Assembly: GCA_963836235.1 (NCBI GenBank)
Contig: CAWIIP010000001.1
Location: 64,001 to 128,000, forward strand
Reading direction: 5' to 3'
DNA from: an uncultured Pseudomonadota bacterium
GTDB taxonomy: Bacteria; Oederibacteriota; Muellerivitia; Muellerivitales; Muellerivitaceae
DNA length: 64,000 nt
Shown: one piece after another, positions 60,714 through 64,000 of the stretch
Layout of the letters: the number at the start of each line of letters is the position of its first letter
Position numbering within the stretch: position 1 is the stretch's first letter
The notes under the pieces: generated by a model
Told to the model about the DNA's origin: nothing
Database searches by the model: none
Seen by the model: the letters and a program-made list of their open reading frames with translations, nothing else
Position numbers and translations under genes: made by a program

Positions 60714-61958
60714 TTGAAACGCGTTGTCATCACCGGTCTGGGGGCCATCACTCCCAACGGCAATAATCCAAATGATTTCTTTAAGAATATCTGTGACGGA
60801 AAGAGCGGTATCGCAACTTTGACCCGCTTTGATCCTTCACGTTTGGCTAGCCGGATTGGGGGAGAAGTTAAAGATTTTGACCCGGTCAAATTTGGGATCG
60901 AAAAAAAAGACGTCAAAAAGATGGATTATTTTGTTCAGTACGGTGTGGCCGCCAGTCTCCAAGCGGTTGCTGACGCTAAACTGGACATGACCAGGGAAGA
61001 TAAGACCCGTGTGGGTGTTTTGATCGGTTCGGGAATCGGGGGACTTCCGGTTTTGGTGGAACAACACGCTCGGTTGATTGAAAAGGGTCCGGATCGTGTT
61101 TCTCCTTTTCTTATACCGATGATGATCATCAACATGGCTTCTGGCATGACCTCTATCTATCTGGAGGCTCAAGGACCTAATACCGCAACCGTTTCGGCTT
61201 GCGCTTCGGGCGCTCATGCTATTGGGGAAGCCGTTCGCTGGATTCAAAAAGGTGATGCCGATGTGGTCATTGCTGGTGGAGCCGAGGCCTGCATCACAGA
61301 ACTAGGCTATGCCGGCTTCTGCAATATGCATGCTCTTTGTATGGATTTCAACGATGACCCAACCAGGGGCAGCAGGCCTTTCGATAAAAACCGCTGTGGA
61401 TTTGTAATGGGCGAAGGCGCGGGAATTGTCGTATTGGAGTCACTTGAACACGCCCAAGCCCGAGGAGCTAGAATTTATGCTGAGGCTATCGGTTATGGTA
61501 TGACCTCCGATGCCTATCACATGACTACTCCTGCGGAAAACGGGGAAGGTGCCGCACGAGCGATGCAGTTGGCCCTGAAGGACGCCAAAATAAACCCCGA
61601 AGCGGTGGGTTATGTTAATGCCCATGGGACTTCCACTCCTTATAACGACAAATTTGAGACCATGGCGATTAAGACAGTTTTCAAAGAACATGCGAAAAAA
61701 GTAGCGATTTCTTCGACTAAGTCGACAACCGGCCATTTATTGGGCGCCGCAGGCGGAATAGAATACGTGGCCTGTATTCTCGCCATGCAGGAGGGTATTC
61801 TTCCACCAACCATCAACCAAGAAGTGGCAGATCCCGAATGCGATTTGGATTATATCCCCAACCAAAAACGGGTTTTGCCCGTAAATATTTGTCTTTCCAA
61901 TTCTTTGGGGTTTGGCGGCCATAATGTCTCTCTCATTGTTCAAAAATTTAATTCCTAA
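60714..61958 (+). CDS. fabF: Beta-ketoacyl-ACP synthase II
   Basis: ACASG, NAHGTST, GHLLGAAG, SNSLGFGG. Confidence 0.96.
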   Translation: MKRVVITGLGAITPNGNNPNDFFKNICDGKSGIATLTRFDPSRLASRIGGEVKDFDPVKFGIEKKDVKKMDYFVQYGVAASLQAVADAKLDMTREDKTRVGVLIGSGIGGLPVLVEQHARLIEKGPDRVSPFLIPMMIINMASGMTSIYLEAQGPNTATVSACASGAHAIGEAVRWIQKGDADVVIAGGAEACITELGYAGFCNMHALCMDFNDDPTRGSRPFDKNRCGFVMGEGAGIVVLESLEHAQARGARIYAEAIGYGMTSDAYHMTTPAENGEGAARAMQLALKDAKINPEAVGYVNAHGTSTPYNDKFETMAIKTVFKEHAKKVAISSTKSTTGHLLGAAGGIEYVACILAMQEGILPPTINQEVADPECDLDYIPNQKRVLPVNICLSNSLGFGGHNVSLIVQKFNS

Positions 61959-62007
61959 AAAAAAGCAGGGCTCTTCCAAGGCCCTCATTGACCTAGATAA
62001 ATCCCGC

Positions 62008-62727
62008 ATGAGCAAACTGAAGCAGTTTACGAAATTGCTTCAGATACCTATGGGAGATGGGCAATTTCTAAACGAGGCCCTAACTCACAAATCCTATGCG
62101 CACGAACGGAAAATGACTCCCAGTTATAACAATGAAAAATTGGAATTCCTTGGGGATTCAGTTTTGGGACTTGTCATTAGCCAGCATGTTTTTGAGACCT
62201 ATCCAGGAGTTACGGAAGGCGGGCTTTCCAAGGTCAAAAGCGTTGTAGTTAGCGCGCAGGTCTTAAGTGAAAAAGCCAAAAACCTGAATCTGGGGGATTA
62301 TATTTTGCTAGGGAAGGGGGAGGAAAAATCCGGCGGCCGTACCCGTCCGGCCCTCCTTGCGGACGCATTAGAGGCGGTCATTGGAGCTGTTTATTTGGTT
62401 GGCGGGCTTTTGGCCGCCCAGAAATTGATTTTAAGTTTCTTGCAGGAAGATGTCGATAAGGTTTTTTCGGGAAGGATTGAAAAGGATTATAAAACATTGC
62501 TTCAAGAATATTTTCAAAAAACGCATAAACTCGCTCCACGATACGATATCGTTCGGGAATGGGGACCAGATCACAATCGTAATTTCGAGGCCGCTTGCCA
62601 GATTCAAGGAAAGGTTCTCTCGACTGGGGTGGGGAAGAATAAAAAAGAAGCGGAACAACTTGCGGCCCAAGAGGCCATTCAAAAACTCCATATTCATGTT
62701 TCGACACCCAGCGACCATAAAATTTAA
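62008..62727 (+). CDS. rnc: Ribonuclease III
   Basis: ALTHKS, NEKLEFLGDS, ADALEA, dsRBD (GPDH, KKEAEQ). Start uncertain; the ORF is open from 61912. Confidence 0.94.
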   Translation: MSKLKQFTKLLQIPMGDGQFLNEALTHKSYAHERKMTPSYNNEKLEFLGDSVLGLVISQHVFETYPGVTEGGLSKVKSVVVSAQVLSEKAKNLNLGDYILLGKGEEKSGGRTRPALLADALEAVIGAVYLVGGLLAAQKLILSFLQEDVDKVFSGRIEKDYKTLLQEYFQKTHKLAPRYDIVREWGPDHNRNFEAACQIQGKVLSTGVGKNKKEAEQLAAQEAIQKLHIHVSTPSDHKI

Positions 62728-62741
62728 ATCAGGAGAACTAC

Positions 62742-62999
62742 ATGTCCAAGGGAGCGGGAGCTACTCTTTTGATGATCCTATTAGGAGAGATTTTGGGGGG
62801 GTATTTAGGCGAATTATTAGGCCTTTTAATTCCCACTGGTTTTGTTCATGACATCTTCATTAAGGGTTTTACTTTAGGCTTTGATTCCCCCCTGATTTTA
62901 AACCTACGGATTATTGTTCTTACATTCGGTGTGAAGGTTTTTATTAATTTGTTAGGCGTAGTTGGAATGATCACTGGTCTTTATTACTCTTCGAAATAA
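62742..62999 (+). CDS. DUF4321-like small membrane protein
   Basis: LGGYLGELL, LNLRII.LTFG, NLLGVVG pattern; upstream of maf. Confidence 0.75.
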   Translation: MSKGAGATLLMILLGEILGGYLGELLGLLIPTGFVHDIFIKGFTLGFDSPLILNLRIIVLTFGVKVFINLLGVVGMITGLYYSSK

Positions 63000-63008
63000 T
63001 TTCAACCA

Positions 63009-63581
63009 ATGGAATCTATTCTTTTAGCTTCCCGGTCTCCCCGCCGCCGAAGAATTCTTAGTTTTGTAGGCATTCCTTTTAAAGTCGTAAAACCATTAAA
63101 TGTTGTCGAAAAAAGAAAAAGCGGGGAGAGACCTCGGCATTTGGTCTGCCGTCTTGCATTTGAAAAAGCCTTGGAAGTTTCAAAACGATTTCCAAAGGCA
63201 TGGGTTTTAGGGGCGGATACGATGGTTGTTTGCGGAAAAGATATTTTTGGAAAGCCACGAAATCGGCGCGAAGCGGGCAAAATGCTTCGGCACCTTCAAG
63301 GACGATCCCATACCGTTTGGACGGGTACTGCACTTGTCGGAAAGGGTGGCCGTTGGTCCAAAAGTTATGTTGAAAAAACAAAAGTATTTTTCAGAAAATT
63401 AAAAACAATTGAGTTAAAAAACTATTTGAACTCAAAAGAGCCGTACGACAAGGCTGGCGCTTATGATATCCAGGGAACAGCAAGGGCTTGGGTTCATAAA
63501 TGGGAAGGGGATTATTTCAATGTCATGGGACTACCGCTACAGTGGATAGTCCGAGAAATAAACGCGCTTAAAGAAAATTAA
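63009..63581 (+). CDS. maf: Maf/YhdE nucleoside triphosphate pyrophosphatase
   Basis: LASRSPRR, GADT, GKP, DKAGAY.IQ, NVMGLP. Confidence 0.94.
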   Translation: MESILLASRSPRRRRILSFVGIPFKVVKPLNVVEKRKSGERPRHLVCRLAFEKALEVSKRFPKAWVLGADTMVVCGKDIFGKPRNRREAGKMLRHLQGRSHTVWTGTALVGKGGRWSKSYVEKTKVFFRKLKTIELKNYLNSKEPYDKAGAYDIQGTARAWVHKWEGDYFNVMGLPLQWIVREINALKEN

Positions 63582-64000
63582 TTAACTATTTAAAAAAGTT
63601 TTAACATTCAAGGTTTTCCGTTGCGCGCTTAAAAAGTCTTGAAGCCAATCTTGTTGTCGTTGATTTATTAAACGCTGTTGCAATTCGGCTCTTTGTTGAT
63701 CGGTTAGCGTTGAGGTGGACTTATCAGTCTTTGCGTCAATGATTTGGAAGAAATATTCTTTTTGTTCGATAGGAATAGGGCCTTTCCAGTCCTGTAGGTA
63801 AAGACCAGCCAGTTCTTCCGCCGTTGCTTTTGAGTTTTTAAGGCCTTTTATATCTGATTGGCGGTTGAACCAAGTAGTTATTGATGTTTTTAAACCCAAG
63901 TCAGCCGCGGCTTTTTCTAATGGTTCCTTCGCTTTCAACTTTTCGACTAATTCCGACGAGAGAGTGAGCATTTTTTGGGAGGCCTTTTCCTTTTGATATT
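63582..64000 (-). CDS. 3' end of a probable PpiD/SurA-like periplasmic chaperone (partial)
   Basis: The ORF runs off the window. LEKAAADLGL..TTWFNR and the terminal helix QQRLINQRQQDWLQDFL resemble PpiD C-termini. Confidence 0.5.
   Translation of the reverse strand, partial: YQKEKASQKMLTLSSELVEKLKAKEPLEKAAADLGLKTSITTWFNRQSDIKGLKNSKATAEELAGLYLQDWKGPIPIEQKEYFFQIIDAKTDKSTSTLTDQQRAELQQRLINQRQQDWLQDFLSAQRKTLNVKTFLNS

Noticed and set aside
1-64000. CRISPR arrays, tRNA/rRNA, prophage, retron or other defence loci
   Set aside because: No spaced repeats, cloverleaf motifs or corresponding proteins were seen by eye.

Overview
Mostly core-genome sequence from a diderm bacterium (LolCDE, TamB, BamA). 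It also carries Firmicute-type McsA/McsB/ClpC and the YwlE arginine phosphatase; the lineage cannot be assigned from sequence alone. Gene order: a beta-barrel/TPR protein, a GH5 hydrolase, and a remodelled ymdB-ygfA-rarA-6S RNA-[glgP]-zapA-zapB-pheT block lacking rny and pheS. Then prfB (programmed +1 frameshift)-lysS-lolC/E-lolD-mcsA-mcsB-clpC-tamB-bamA, an intact IS30 with a 3-bp target duplication, surE and an Nfu-domain gene. Then a purine cluster (purBSQLF...purM-X-purN-Y-purHD) interrupted by GGDEF, SseB and cupredoxin genes, followed by tsaC-ywlE-rpiB, rpmB, recG, rsmD-coaD and yceD-rpmF-plsX-fabHDG-acpP-fabF-rnc-DUF4321-maf. I saw no CRISPR array, tRNA, rRNA, prophage or recognisable defence system. 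Best leads: an O-antigen-ligase/TPR protein with all three canonical catalytic positions substituted, a CtsR-less arginine-kinase/ClpC module inside the outer-membrane biogenesis cluster, a TamB with an FN3-like C-terminal extension, a cupredoxin lipoprotein with a Cys-rich 15-residue ligand loop, an elongated ZapA, and a lipoprotein gene broken by an exact 8-bp tandem duplication. Seven single-base frameshifts in a 3-kb patch (purL, purF, GGDEF) most likely reflect assembly error. All protein calls come from visual motif recognition; no database searches were run.
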